Origin: an uncultured Arcobacter sp. | GTDB lineage: Bacteria; Campylobacterota; Campylobacteria; Campylobacterales; Arcobacteraceae | Assembly: GCA_965140705.1 (NCBI GenBank) | Contig: OZ223300.1 | Location: forward strand, 704,001 to 768,000 | Length of the DNA stretch: 64,000 nucleotides | Direction of reading: 5' to 3' | Translations under genes and position numbers: made by a program | The notes under the pieces: model-generated | Told to the model about the DNA's origin: nothing | Seen by the model: the letters and a program-made list of their open reading frames with translations, nothing else | The model's database searches: none | Shown here: one piece after another, positions 31,667 to 43,399 of the stretch | How positions within the stretch are numbered: position 1 is the first letter of the stretch | How the letters are laid out: every line of letters begins with the position of its first letter

Positions 31667-31712
31667 CTCTTTTATTGATACAATCCAAATTAGATAAATT
31701 AAGGGAAATAAT

Positions 31713-32525
31713 TTGAAAATAGCATTTATTGGTGATATAGTTGGTAGACCTGGTAGAAAAATAATAGAGCAAAATTTAAAAAAATTAAGAGCAAAATATG
31801 AAATAGATTTTGTAATTGCAAATGGTGAAAATGCAAGTCATGGTTTTGGACTAACAGTTAAAAATGCCAATGAACTATTTAAAGTAGGAGTTGATTTAAT
31901 AACAGGAGGGAATCACTCTTTTGATAAAAAACAAGAGATGATAAATCTAGTAACAACTCAAAATGTACTTAGACCAGCAAACTTTCCTGAAGCAATGCCA
32001 GGTGTTGGACATATGGTATTTGATGTTGCTGGTGAAAAACTTGCAGTTATAAATTTGATGGGAAATTTTGCGATGCCAATTTGTGATAATCCTTTCAATA
32101 AAGCAACAGAAATTATGAAAGAACTCGAAGAACAAAATATTAAAAATATTTTTATAGATTTTCATGGTGAGGCTACAAGTGAAAAAAGAGTTATGGCTAT
32201 GATGTTTAATGGAAAAGTAAGTGGTATTTGTGGAACTCATACTCATGTGGGAACTGATGATTTACAAATAGTTGATGGAACTACATATTTAAGTGATATT
32301 GGACTAACTGGTTGCAGAGACAATGTCATAGGAATGGATCCAAAAAATCCAATAGATAAAGCAACAACTGGTTTAGGTGGACATTTTACTATTTCAAGCT
32401 CATGCAAATCTATTTTACAAGTTCTTGTGATGGATTTAGAAGAGGGTAAATCAAAAGATGCTTTTAAAATAAAAATATTATGTGATAAAGATGAAGAGAT
32501 AATTACAAAGGCACTTTTTGAATAG
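31713..32525 (+). CDS. TIGR00282/YmdB family metallophosphoesterase
   Basis: GDIVGRPG, NGEN, GNH, DFHGEATSEK, GTHTHV. Confidence 0.93.
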   Translation: MKIAFIGDIVGRPGRKIIEQNLKKLRAKYEIDFVIANGENASHGFGLTVKNANELFKVGVDLITGGNHSFDKKQEMINLVTTQNVLRPANFPEAMPGVGHMVFDVAGEKLAVINLMGNFAMPICDNPFNKATEIMKELEEQNIKNIFIDFHGEATSEKRVMAMMFNGKVSGICGTHTHVGTDDLQIVDGTTYLSDIGLTGCRDNVIGMDPKNPIDKATTGLGGHFTISSSCKSILQVLVMDLEEGKSKDAFKIKILCDKDEEIITKALFE

Positions 32526-33159
32526 TATTTTAAACTCATTTGATTTATATGTTTTTTTAAAAGAAAAGAATTTAATAAATACAAAGTATAAATACTGGTG
32601 GCCAACAAACAGTGATTTTGAAGTCTTTATAGGTGCAATTTTAACACAAAATACAAAATGGACAAATGTAGAAAAATCTTTAGAAAATTTAAGAAAATTA
32701 CAACTTTTTGATTTAGAAAAACTTTCAACAGTTGATATAGATATTTTAATATTAGCAATTACTCCAAGTGGTTTCAAAAATCAAAAGTCAGTAAGAATCA
32801 AAAAAATATGTGAAAATATACTTGAAGAGTTTGGAGATTTTGAAACTTTTAAACAAAATGTCTCTAGGGAGTGGTTACTTTCTCAAAAAGGAATTGGGGC
32901 AGAAACTTGTGATGCAATTTTATGTTATGCCTGTCATAAAGAAGAGATGGTCGTTGATTCTTACACAAATAGATTGGTCAAAACTTTTGGATATGAGTTT
33001 GAAAGTTATGATGATCTTAAAGCTTGGTTAGAATATGGAATTAATGAAAATTTCGATAAAATTGAATCGCTTTATGATTATGATATTTCATTAAACATGA
33101 TATATTGTAGATTTCATGGCAAAATTGTAGAATACATGAAAAATCAAAAAAAGTCTTAA
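32518..33159 (+). CDS. HhH-GPD DNA glycosylase (3-methyladenine glycosylase/MagIII-like)
   Basis: WWP, GAILTQNTKW, KGIGAETCDAIL, VVDSY. Confidence 0.88.
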   Translation: MNSILNSFDLYVFLKEKNLINTKYKYWWPTNSDFEVFIGAILTQNTKWTNVEKSLENLRKLQLFDLEKLSTVDIDILILAITPSGFKNQKSVRIKKICENILEEFGDFETFKQNVSREWLLSQKGIGAETCDAILCYACHKEEMVVDSYTNRLVKTFGYEFESYDDLKAWLEYGINENFDKIESLYDYDISLNMIYCRFHGKIVEYMKNQKKS

Positions 33160-33172
33160 AGGATTTATAAAA

Positions 33173-33961
33173 ATGATTATTATTCCTCAAACTAAAGGTG
33201 GCGTTGGAAAATCAACAGTTGCTATGCAAGTAATAGCTCCATATTTATATAAAAAGCATGGAAAAAAGATTACTTACATAGAAATTGATGATGAGAATAA
33301 TGATAGTCAATCATTTACAACAACTCAAATAGTAAATAAAAGAATGCTAAGAACAAACAAAGTAAGTGACTTGGATGAACTTATTTTAATGGATGATAGT
33401 CACGAAATAATTATAGATGTTGGTGGAAATAAGACTTCGTCATTGGTTTTAGAAGAGATTAAAAAAGTGGGCTCTTTTGGAAATTTAAAATGGATTATTC
33501 CTTTAGGTGATGGTGAACTTGATGGAAAAAATGCAATTGCAACTATGAAAAAAATAAGAAAAATAGAACAAAGTCCTGATGAAAATATTATATTTGCTTT
33601 AAATCGTGCAATATCTATGGAAAAAGATTATGTGGAAGAACAATTTATAAATTTCTTTGGGCATAAATACTTAGCTTCAAATACAGTAATGTTTGATTTT
33701 ATGAAAGATCCAAAATATTTTACTGTAAAAAATGATAAAGTAATTACTATGAGCAGATACCTAGGTAGTACAGTTTGGGAAATGGCACATAATAATACTG
33801 ATTTTAGAGAAAAAGCTTTAAAAGCTAAAGAAGCTGGTGATGTTGCAAGTGCAAAAAAATATATATTTTTTAGAAGAGTACAATCTGAAGCACAAGATTA
33901 TGTTTTAAATGTATTAAATCCAATCTTTAAAGATTTGGATAAATGGCTAGAAAAAAAATAA
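33173..33961 (+). CDS. ParA/MinD-superfamily ATPase, StbB-like
   Basis: Deviant Walker A KGGVGKST; Walker B IIIDVGG. Confidence 0.75.
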   Translation: MIIIPQTKGGVGKSTVAMQVIAPYLYKKHGKKITYIEIDDENNDSQSFTTTQIVNKRMLRTNKVSDLDELILMDDSHEIIIDVGGNKTSSLVLEEIKKVGSFGNLKWIIPLGDGELDGKNAIATMKKIRKIEQSPDENIIFALNRAISMEKDYVEEQFINFFGHKYLASNTVMFDFMKDPKYFTVKNDKVITMSRYLGSTVWEMAHNNTDFREKALKAKEAGDVASAKKYIFFRRVQSEAQDYVLNVLNPIFKDLDKWLEKK

Positions 33962-33962
33962 C

Positions 33963-34214
33963 ATGAGTGATATGAGTTTCAAACAAGCAAAAGAGCTTGT
34001 TGAAAAATTAGAGTTAACAGAATTAACACTTAAAAAATCAACTGATGATATAGATAAATCAAGTAAAAAATTTAACGAAGCTTTAAAAATGCAAGAGCAT
34101 TTATTAAAACTTATGCAAATAAAAGACAAAAAATTAGATGTTTTAAAACTGTTGGTAGTTTTAAATGTTGGATTTATTGGAGGCTTACTTGCTGGAGTTT
34201 TTTTATTTAAATAA
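33963..34214 (+). CDS. Small coiled-coil protein with C-terminal membrane anchor
   Basis: Charged heptad N-region, then LLVVLNVGFIGGLLAGVFLFK; starts 1 nt after the ATPase stop. Confidence 0.75.
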   Translation: MSDMSFKQAKELVEKLELTELTLKKSTDDIDKSSKKFNEALKMQEHLLKLMQIKDKKLDVLKLLVVLNVGFIGGLLAGVFLFK

Positions 34215-34228
34215 TAGGGATATTTATA

Positions 34229-34939
34229 ATGGGTAAACAAGAAAAAATAGTATCAATGTTCAATGACATAGCTGGAACTTATGATGTTGCAAATAGAGTT
34301 ATGAGTATGGGTATTGATAAAACTTGGAGAAATAAAGCTTGTAATTTAGCTTTTTCTTTTTATGGTAAAAACAAAATAGAAAAAATAATTGATGTGGCTT
34401 GTGGTACAGGTGATATGCTTACTACTTGGCAAAAAGTAGCAGATAAAAATGCAATAGAGATTCAAAATAGAGTTGGAGTTGATCCAAGTGTTGGAATGAT
34501 GGATGTAGCAAAAGTAAAACTACCAAATGTAGAGTTTATAGAAGCTGGTGCTGAATTACTTCCTTTTGATAGTGAAGTAGCTGATATTATCTCTATCTCT
34601 TATGGAATTAGAAATGTTGTTAAAAGACAAGAGGCTTTCCATGAGTTTGCAAGAACTTTAAAAAAAGATGGACTTTTAGTCATTTTAGAGTTTACAAAAA
34701 ATGAAAAAAATTCTCCACTTGATTATCTTACAGATTTTTATTTAAATAAAATTTTACCAACGGTAGGTGGCCTTATTTCAAAAAATAAAGAAGCATACAC
34801 ATATTTACCGACTTCAATTGATGAGTTCTTAACTCAAGATAATTTATGTTTAGAACTAAAAGAAGCGGGATTGGAACCTATTTATGTAAAAGGTTTTTCA
34901 ATGAATATCTCAACACTATTTATTGCAAGAAAGGTTTGA
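34229..34939 (+). CDS. ubiE: UbiE/MenG quinone C-methyltransferase
   Basis: MFNDIAGTYDVANRVMS, DVACGTGD, YGIRNV, AYTYLP. Confidence 0.93.
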   Translation: MGKQEKIVSMFNDIAGTYDVANRVMSMGIDKTWRNKACNLAFSFYGKNKIEKIIDVACGTGDMLTTWQKVADKNAIEIQNRVGVDPSVGMMDVAKVKLPNVEFIEAGAELLPFDSEVADIISISYGIRNVVKRQEAFHEFARTLKKDGLLVILEFTKNEKNSPLDYLTDFYLNKILPTVGGLISKNKEAYTYLPTSIDEFLTQDNLCLELKEAGLEPIYVKGFSMNISTLFIARKV

Positions 34940-34947
34940 TTTAAAAT

Positions 34948-36135
34948 ATGAATCAAGCCATTAGTGTTTCAACACTAAACAATCAAATCAAGTCTTTACT
35001 TGAGACTACTTTTATAGGTGTATATGTTCAAGGAGAAATCTCTAATTTGACATATCACTCTTCTGGGCACATTTATTTTTCAATAAAAGATGAAAATTCT
35101 ACAATCTCTTGTGTAATGTTTAGGGGAAATGCTCAATATTTAAAGTTTAGATTAGAAGTAGGAATGAAAATTGTAATTTCAGGAAGTATTACAGCATATA
35201 TTCCAAGAGGAAATTATCAATTAATGTGTACAAAAATTGATCCAGATGGTCAAGGTTCACTTGCTCTTGCCTTTGAACAATTAAAAGAAAAACTTCAAAA
35301 AGAGGGACTTTTTGATTCAAGCACTAAAAAAACTCTTCCAAAATATCCTAGAAATATTGTAATGGTCACATCTCCTACTGGTGCTGCTATTGAAGATATG
35401 AAAAAAGTTGCACAAAATAGATGGCCTTTGGCAAATCTTATTTTGATTCCCACTTTAGTTCAAGGTGAGGGTTCAAAGTTTGATATAGTAAATTCTATAA
35501 AAAAAGCTGATAGTTTAAATTGTGATGTAATGATTGTAGGACGAGGTGGAGGAAGTATCGAAGATCTTTGGGCTTTCAATGAAGAAGTTGTAGCAAGGGC
35601 TATTTATGAAGCAAAAACACCTGTAATATCAGCAGTAGGACATGAAGTTGATTTTTTAATTTCTGATTTTGTAGCAGATGTTAGAGCTGCAACCCCTTCA
35701 AATGCTATGGAAATAGCACTTCCTGATAAAAATGAACATCTTCAATATTTGGATAATTTACAAGTTGAATTTGAAAATAGATTTAAAAGAGTTCTTTATA
35801 ATAAAGAACAAGTTTTATTAAATTATAGAAAGTATTTTGAACAACACTCTTTAGATAAGAAGTTTTCCTTTATTCAAAAAGAGATAGATTATTTAAAATC
35901 AAATTTTTCTAATACTTTATCTCAAATCTTAAAACAAAAGCAAAATGAATTGAATTATCTAAAAACTGCTTATGAATCTAATCATCCAGATAAAAAAATA
36001 AAAGATGGATATGTTCAAATTTCAAAAAACAATCAAGTTATTAGTTTAGATAATGTTAAAGTTAATGAAGAAATAATGTTGGAAAGTTCTAAATTGAAAG
36101 TTAGATGTAATATTTTAGATATTAAAAATATATAA
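34948..36135 (+). CDS. xseA: Exodeoxyribonuclease VII large subunit
   Basis: GEISN..SGHIYF, RGGGSIEDLWAFN, SAVGHE. Confidence 0.96.
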   Translation: MNQAISVSTLNNQIKSLLETTFIGVYVQGEISNLTYHSSGHIYFSIKDENSTISCVMFRGNAQYLKFRLEVGMKIVISGSITAYIPRGNYQLMCTKIDPDGQGSLALAFEQLKEKLQKEGLFDSSTKKTLPKYPRNIVMVTSPTGAAIEDMKKVAQNRWPLANLILIPTLVQGEGSKFDIVNSIKKADSLNCDVMIVGRGGGSIEDLWAFNEEVVARAIYEAKTPVISAVGHEVDFLISDFVADVRAATPSNAMEIALPDKNEHLQYLDNLQVEFENRFKRVLYNKEQVLLNYRKYFEQHSLDKKFSFIQKEIDYLKSNFSNTLSQILKQKQNELNYLKTAYESNHPDKKIKDGYVQISKNNQVISLDNVKVNEEIMLESSKLKVRCNILDIKNI

Positions 36136-36201
36136 AATTTAAGCTAAATATAGTAAAATATAATAAATTGATAACACACCACTAATAGGAGTTCAGTTCA
36201 T

Positions 36202-36684
36202 ATGGAAAATAAAGATAAAGACAATGCAGTAATTGATTACGCTAACACAAGTGAGTATATGAAGTTTGTATTAGGTTCTATGCAATACGCAATTGAACTA
36301 CCTAAAATCAGGGAAATTTTAACTTATCCAGAGATGATAACTGTTTTACCAAATGTTCCTACATATATTAAAGGGCTCATTAATTTAAGGGGTGAAGTTG
36401 TTCCTGTTGTAGATTTAAGAGTAAAATTTAAAACTGGTGAGATTGTAAATAATCAAAATACAGCTGTAATTGCTGTTGTAACAGAAGATAAAAGAATGAT
36501 TGGTATTGTTGTTGATAAAGTTGATGATGTTCAAAGACTTGATTTATCATCTTTATCTCCAGTATCTGAAATAGGCTCATCAATCCCCTCAAAATATTTA
36601 AAAGGTTTTGTAAGACTACATAATAATGAAATGTTAGTAATAATGGATATTGAAACAGTTGTTAGTAAATCAGAATTAGAGTAA
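36202..36684 (+). CDS. cheW: Chemotaxis adaptor CheW
   Basis: GLINLRGEVVPVVDL, GIVVDKV. Confidence 0.93.
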   Translation: MENKDKDNAVIDYANTSEYMKFVLGSMQYAIELPKIREILTYPEMITVLPNVPTYIKGLINLRGEVVPVVDLRVKFKTGEIVNNQNTAVIAVVTEDKRMIGIVVDKVDDVQRLDLSSLSPVSEIGSSIPSKYLKGFVRLHNNEMLVIMDIETVVSKSELE

Positions 36685-36694
36685 AAGGTGACAA

Positions 36695-37093
36695 ATGTCA
36701 GAGAGTTTACAAGATAGCATTAATAATTTAAAAAAACTAAGATTTCTTTTTGTTGAAGATGAAAAAGATCTCTTAGATATTATTGCTGAAACATTAAAGA
36801 AATTAGAAGTAAACTTTTTATTGGCTAAAAATGGACAAGAGGGACTAGAAGTTTTAAAAAATCATGCAGATGAAATTGATATAATAGTAACTGATATAAG
36901 TATGCCTGTAATGAATGGCTTAGAGATGATAAAAGAAGCCAAAGTTTTATATCCCCACTTGGAATTTATTATAATGACAGCTCATACTGAGGCTAAATAT
37001 AAAATTGAAGCTGAAAGTTATGGCGTAAAGGATTATTTACTTAAGCCATTTGATTTTATAAAATTTATTGAGTTGATTAATCAAAAAAGTTAA
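36695..37093 (+). CDS. Single-domain response regulator
   Basis: VEDE, TDISMPVMNG, YLLKP. Confidence 0.9.
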   Translation: MSESLQDSINNLKKLRFLFVEDEKDLLDIIAETLKKLEVNFLLAKNGQEGLEVLKNHADEIDIIVTDISMPVMNGLEMIKEAKVLYPHLEFIIMTAHTEAKYKIEAESYGVKDYLLKPFDFIKFIELINQKS

Positions 37094-37098
37094 ACAAA

Positions 37099-38466
37099 AT
37101 GTCTTTAGATAAGACTTTATTAAAAGAAATCTCTATTTTATATGTAGAAGATGATGATGTAATGAGAACAGAGTTAGCTTCTTTACTTACAAATTTTTTC
37201 GCTCAAGTTTTTTGCGCTAGCAATGGTATAGAGGGCTTAGAAATATTTAAAAAAAATCATAAAAAAATCGATTTAATAATTAGTGATATTAATATGCCAA
37301 AAATGTCTGGTATTGATATGGTAAAAGAACTTAGAAAATTTGATAAAGATGTGGGTGTAATATTTTCAACCGCATATTCTGATAAAGAATTTTTGATTGA
37401 TTCTATTAAATTAAAAGTGGTTAATTATATTATAAAACCAATTGATATAAGAGCTTTATTAGAATCTGTTAGTGAGTTTGCAGAACATTTATCAACTAAA
37501 AAAATCATTAAAACTAAAAATAAAGAGCTCTCTTTATACAAAGAAGCAATTGATGTAAATAGTATCGTAATAAAAACAGATGTTCAGATGAATATAACTT
37601 ACGTAAATTCACATTTTTGTAAAATTTCAGGTTATTCAAAAACTGAACTCATTGGAAAAGAATTTTCAAGTTTAAAATACCATGATGTGGATATAAAAGT
37701 TTATAATAATATGTTTGCAAAAGTTTTAGATAATAAAATGTGGAAGGGAAAATTAAAACAAATTACAAAAGATAATAATATTTTAATTTTAGATTCTTCT
37801 ATAATCCCTTCCCATGATGAAGATGGTAATATAAATGGCTCAATGATTATTCAAAGAGACATAACAGAAGAAGTAAAAAAGCAAAGGGAAGTCGAAGTTG
37901 CTTTAATGAAAGAAAAGAGTGATATCTTTATCAAAACAAAAGAGCTTTTTGCCAAAAATAACGTTCAAATAAATGAGCTTGAGAATCAAGTTAAACAACT
38001 TTTTGAAGAGCTTAGTAAAGCAGAACTAGCTAATGAAAAATATTTAAAACTTTTAGATAAATATAAAGATGATGTTAAAATTTTGACATCAAAAGTAAAT
38101 AAATATGAAAAAAGTGAGATAAGTAATATAAAAGGTATTGATGTCTTAAAAATTCAAAAAGATAATGCAAATTTAAGAATTGAAATTAAAAGATTAAGAG
38201 ATAATATGGAAAAACTTATTATTAACTCTCAGAAAAAAGTAAATCAATTGAGAATTGCTTCAAATTTAGAAGTTGAACATTTAGAAAAAGAGTTAGAAAA
38301 AGTTAAATCTTCCCATGCTTCTATAGATACTAAAGTATTATCAGAAAAAGTTAGATATTGGGAAGAAAAAGCAAAAGAAGAGAGAGAAAGAATTGAAGAT
38401 TTAGAGAAAAGAGTTATGAATTTTGCCGATTCAAAAACTCTTTCAAAAATTTTTAGTGGAAAATAA
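37099..38466 (+). CDS. Receiver-PAS-long coiled-coil protein with no recognisable output domain
   Basis: SDINMP/KP receiver; NSHFCKISGY PAS; about 190-aa heptad-rich tail. Confidence 0.8.
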   Translation: MSLDKTLLKEISILYVEDDDVMRTELASLLTNFFAQVFCASNGIEGLEIFKKNHKKIDLIISDINMPKMSGIDMVKELRKFDKDVGVIFSTAYSDKEFLIDSIKLKVVNYIIKPIDIRALLESVSEFAEHLSTKKIIKTKNKELSLYKEAIDVNSIVIKTDVQMNITYVNSHFCKISGYSKTELIGKEFSSLKYHDVDIKVYNNMFAKVLDNKMWKGKLKQITKDNNILILDSSIIPSHDEDGNINGSMIIQRDITEEVKKQREVEVALMKEKSDIFIKTKELFAKNNVQINELENQVKQLFEELSKAELANEKYLKLLDKYKDDVKILTSKVNKYEKSEISNIKGIDVLKIQKDNANLRIEIKRLRDNMEKLIINSQKKVNQLRIASNLEVEHLEKELEKVKSSHASIDTKVLSEKVRYWEEKAKEERERIEDLEKRVMNFADSKTLSKIFSGK

Positions 38467-38470
38467 AAAC

Positions 38471-38998
38471 TTATTTTATCTCTATAGAAATAATTTCTTG
38501 TTCTTTTAAAGGTCTATTCCCTTGATATTGACCAGTTGTAGGAACATTTTCTAATTTTCTTACAACATCCATACCTTTTTTTATATATCCAAAAATTGTA
38601 TGTCTACCATTTAACCAGTATGTTGGAACTGTTGTAATAAAAAATTGACTTCCATTAGTGTCTCGTCCTGAATTAGCCATTGCTAAAATACCTGGTTTAT
38701 CAAATACTGCGTTTGGTGAAAATTCGTCTTTAAATGGTTTTCCCCATATAGATTCTCCACCTCGTCCTGTACCTGTTGGATCTCCACCTTGAATCATAAA
38801 ACCTTTTATAATCCTATGAAAAATCAAATTATTGTAATAACCATTTTTTGCATGTGTAGTAAAATTTTCAACTGCAAGTGGAGCAATGTCAGGTCTTAAT
38901 TCAATTTCAATTGTACCTTGGGTTGTTTTTAAAATTGCTATAGGATTTGCAGCAAAAAGTGAAATAGCTAAAGTTGCTAAGATAAAGATTTTTTTCAT
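38471..38998 (-). CDS. Cyclophilin-type peptidyl-prolyl isomerase with signal peptide
   Basis: FHRIIKGFMIQGGD, NGSQFFIT. Confidence 0.95.
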   Translation of the reverse strand: MKKIFILATLAISLFAANPIAILKTTQGTIEIELRPDIAPLAVENFTTHAKNGYYNNLIFHRIIKGFMIQGGDPTGTGRGGESIWGKPFKDEFSPNAVFDKPGILAMANSGRDTNGSQFFITTVPTYWLNGRHTIFGYIKKGMDVVRKLENVPTTGQYQGNRPLKEQEIISIEIK

Positions 38999-39131
38999 TT
39001 TATACCTTTGTTTTTTTAGGGCTAAAGTATATTATCTTAGCTTTTAAGATTTTATTAAAATAATAGTTTTTATAAGTCTTTAATATTTATTGGATAAAAT
39101 TACCAAAAACATGACAAAAAGGAAGAAAAAA

Positions 39132-39494
39132 ATGGAAATGCCAGTTATCCCTCAACCAACATTTTATATGTTTAAATGTGAACAAAGTGCACCTCCTGGT
39201 ATGCCAAAACCTAGCTGTGTAACAGATGATACTAGAGATTTATATAACTATTTAGCACAAAAAATGATGGAAAAAGGTTTAATGGGACCTGTGCAAGCAA
39301 TTAGAACTTCATGTCTTGGAAGATGTCAAATGGGTCCTCTACTTTTAGTAGAACCAGGGCATACAATGTACTGCAAACTATCTAAGGAAAAAATAGATAA
39401 AATTGTGGAAGAACATATAATAGGTGGAACTCCTGTTCAAGAATTTATTATCCCAGAACAATTTTGGGGTGAACCTATTAATTTAACAAAATAA
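39132..39494 (+). CDS. Thioredoxin-like [2Fe-2S] ferredoxin
   Basis: [18 protein letters not shown] at 39132 after AAGGAAG. Confidence 0.85.
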   Translation: MEMPVIPQPTFYMFKCEQSAPPGMPKPSCVTDDTRDLYNYLAQKMMEKGLMGPVQAIRTSCLGRCQMGPLLLVEPGHTMYCKLSKEKIDKIVEEHIIGGTPVQEFIIPEQFWGEPINLTK

Positions 39495-39504
39495 AAGAGG
39501 AATT

Positions 39505-39888
39505 ATGACAATTGATATGCTTTATAGCAAAATTCATAGAGCAACAGTAACTGATGCAAATTTGAATTATGTAGGTTCAATTACAATTGATGAAGAACTT
39601 ATGCAAGCATCAAGTTTAAGAGTTGGACAAAAAGTAGAAATAGTAAATGTGAATAATGGTGAAAGATTTGCTACGTATGTTATAAAAGGTAAAGCTGGAA
39701 GTAAAGACATGTGTCTAAATGGAGCAGCAGCTAGAAAAGTAGAAGTAGGGGATAAAATTATCGTTATTGCTTATGCTTCTTACAGTGAAAAAGAACTAGA
39801 AAATTATAAACCAATAGTTGTACTTGTAGATGAAAAAAATAATGTAACTACTATAACAAATGAATTAATTGGGAGTGACCATGTTTGA
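39505..39888 (+). CDS. panD: Aspartate 1-decarboxylase
   Basis: [16 protein letters not shown] cleavage site, NGAAAR. Confidence 0.97.
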   Translation: MTIDMLYSKIHRATVTDANLNYVGSITIDEELMQASSLRVGQKVEIVNVNNGERFATYVIKGKAGSKDMCLNGAAARKVEVGDKIIVIAYASYSEKELENYKPIVVLVDEKNNVTTITNELIGSDHV

Positions 39889-40204
39889 TGGAATAGATTT
39901 AAGTAAGATCAATTTAAATGAGATTATGGGGCAAGTTCAAAATATGACTGAAAAGGCAAAGGAGGATAATGCTTCAAAAATCTTTACATCAAAAGCAGGT
40001 GGTGGAATGGTTGAGTTATCTATAAATGGTAATTCGGAAGTTATTGATTTACAAATTGATGATTCTTTACTTGAAGATAAAGACTCTTTACAAATTTTAC
40101 TAATTTCAGCTATGAATGATGTAATAAAACAATCAGATGAAAATAAAAAAATGATGGCTATGAACATGATGAGTGGAATGGGATCATTTGGTCAAAATAA
40201 ATAA
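39881..40204 (+). CDS. YbaB/EbfC nucleoid-associated protein
   Basis: [32 protein letters not shown] at 39881 after GGGAG. Confidence 0.9.
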   Translation: MFDGIDLSKINLNEIMGQVQNMTEKAKEDNASKIFTSKAGGGMVELSINGNSEVIDLQIDDSLLEDKDSLQILLISAMNDVIKQSDENKKMMAMNMMSGMGSFGQNK

Positions 40205-41064
40205 TGAACAAACTTTTAGAAACTTTTGAAAGCTATCTAAAATCTAACCTTCCCGTATCAAAAACTTTTCATCCCCATTTTGAAGATGCCTTAAGTTTGA
40301 TGCTTGATGCTGGTGGAAAAAGATTTAGACCTATGCTTTTACTTGGAGTTGTTAATTCAAAAAATTCTCTTCTTGTAAAGAGTGCTCTTCCTGTAGCCCT
40401 AGGTTTAGAGATGTTACACACTTACTCTTTAATACATGATGACTTACCTGCAATGGATGATGCTGCTTTACGAAGAGGATTTGAGACTTTACATAAAAAG
40501 TATGATGAAGTAACAGCTATACTTGTAGGTGATGCTTTAAATACTGAGGCTTTTAAACAAATAGCAAATGCCCCCCTTTCAAATGATGTAAAAATTGAGT
40601 GTATAAAAGTATTGGCAAGTGATGGTGGAATTGATGGAATGATTATTGGACAAGCTATTGATTGTTTTTTTGAGAATCAAAAACTTGAACTTTCACAACT
40701 TGAATTTTTACATATTCACAAAACTGCAAAATTAATAGCAGCCAGCTTAAAAATGGGTGCAATTATTGCAAACTATGATTTAACTATTCAAGAGAAACTT
40801 TATAACTTTGGGATTGATATTGGACTTCTGTTTCAAATTCAAGATGATATTTTAGATGAAACACAAAGCTCTTTAGAAGCTGGGAAAACTACACATAATG
40901 ATGGAGCAAAAAATTCTTTTGTAAATTTATTGGGACTTGAGGGTGCAATAAAAGCTGCGGATGAACTTGCATTTAAGTGTGAGAGTAATTTAAAATCTCT
41001 TGATGAAGATTTATTTAAATCCCTAAATAATCTGCTTATTAAATATATCAATAGACATAAATAA
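40204..41064 (+). CDS. ispA: Polyprenyl (farnesyl) diphosphate synthase
   Basis: GGKRFRP, SLIHDDLPAMDD, FQIQDDILD. Confidence 0.9.
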   Translation: MNKLLETFESYLKSNLPVSKTFHPHFEDALSLMLDAGGKRFRPMLLLGVVNSKNSLLVKSALPVALGLEMLHTYSLIHDDLPAMDDAALRRGFETLHKKYDEVTAILVGDALNTEAFKQIANAPLSNDVKIECIKVLASDGGIDGMIIGQAIDCFFENQKLELSQLEFLHIHKTAKLIAASLKMGAIIANYDLTIQEKLYNFGIDIGLLFQIQDDILDETQSSLEAGKTTHNDGAKNSFVNLLGLEGAIKAADELAFKCESNLKSLDEDLFKSLNNLLIKYINRHK

Positions 41065-41078
41065 AATAGTTTTTAAAC

Positions 41079-41099
41079 TCTTAGTCTTCTTTACTCAAT
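41079..41099. promoter_or_regulatory. HAIR-like (HspR) site
   Basis: TCTTAGT-N7-ACTCAAT, 10/14 match to CTTGAGT-N7-ACTCAAG, just upstream of the -35. Confidence 0.45.
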
Positions 41100-41103
41100 T
41101 TAC

Positions 41104-41132
41104 TTGACAAAAATCAAAAATTTTATTACAAT
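41104..41132 (+). promoter_or_regulatory. Sigma70-type groESL promoter
   Basis: TTGACA-17 nt-TACAAT. Confidence 0.8.
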
Positions 41133-41159
41133 TTAGCACTCAAAAAAATAGAGTGCTAA
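41133..41159. promoter_or_regulatory. CIRCE element (HrcA operator)
   Basis: Perfect TTAGCACTC-N9-GAGTGCTAA. Confidence 0.97.
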
Positions 41160-41200
41160 AATTCAAAAATTTATAAATAAACTTGATAGGAGAGTATATA

Positions 41201-43215
<2,015 letters not shown>

Positions 43216-43399
43216 AACTTTTAAAGCTTACAAACTCCGTAAACTCAAGCTTTGGTAAAATAAAGCTTTTTTATTCTTAAAGATTAACAATAAATTTTGG
43301 TATAAATTCTACCACTGTAGAAGTCCTATCATTTAAACCTCCATATTGTTTTGGATAATGTAATTATACCCAAATGAAAACTTAAAGTAAAACTTATAT

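Noticed and set aside
33173..34214. Integrated plasmid or ICE around the StbB-like gene
   Set aside because: No integrase, relaxase, T4SS genes, att repeats or obvious compositional shift; flanks are housekeeping genes
39090..39131. Longer N-termini given by the ORF track (also at 5792, 7914, 11390, 22087, 29753, 39869, 41183, 54561)
   Set aside because: Downstream starts have a proper SD and match the expected family N-termini
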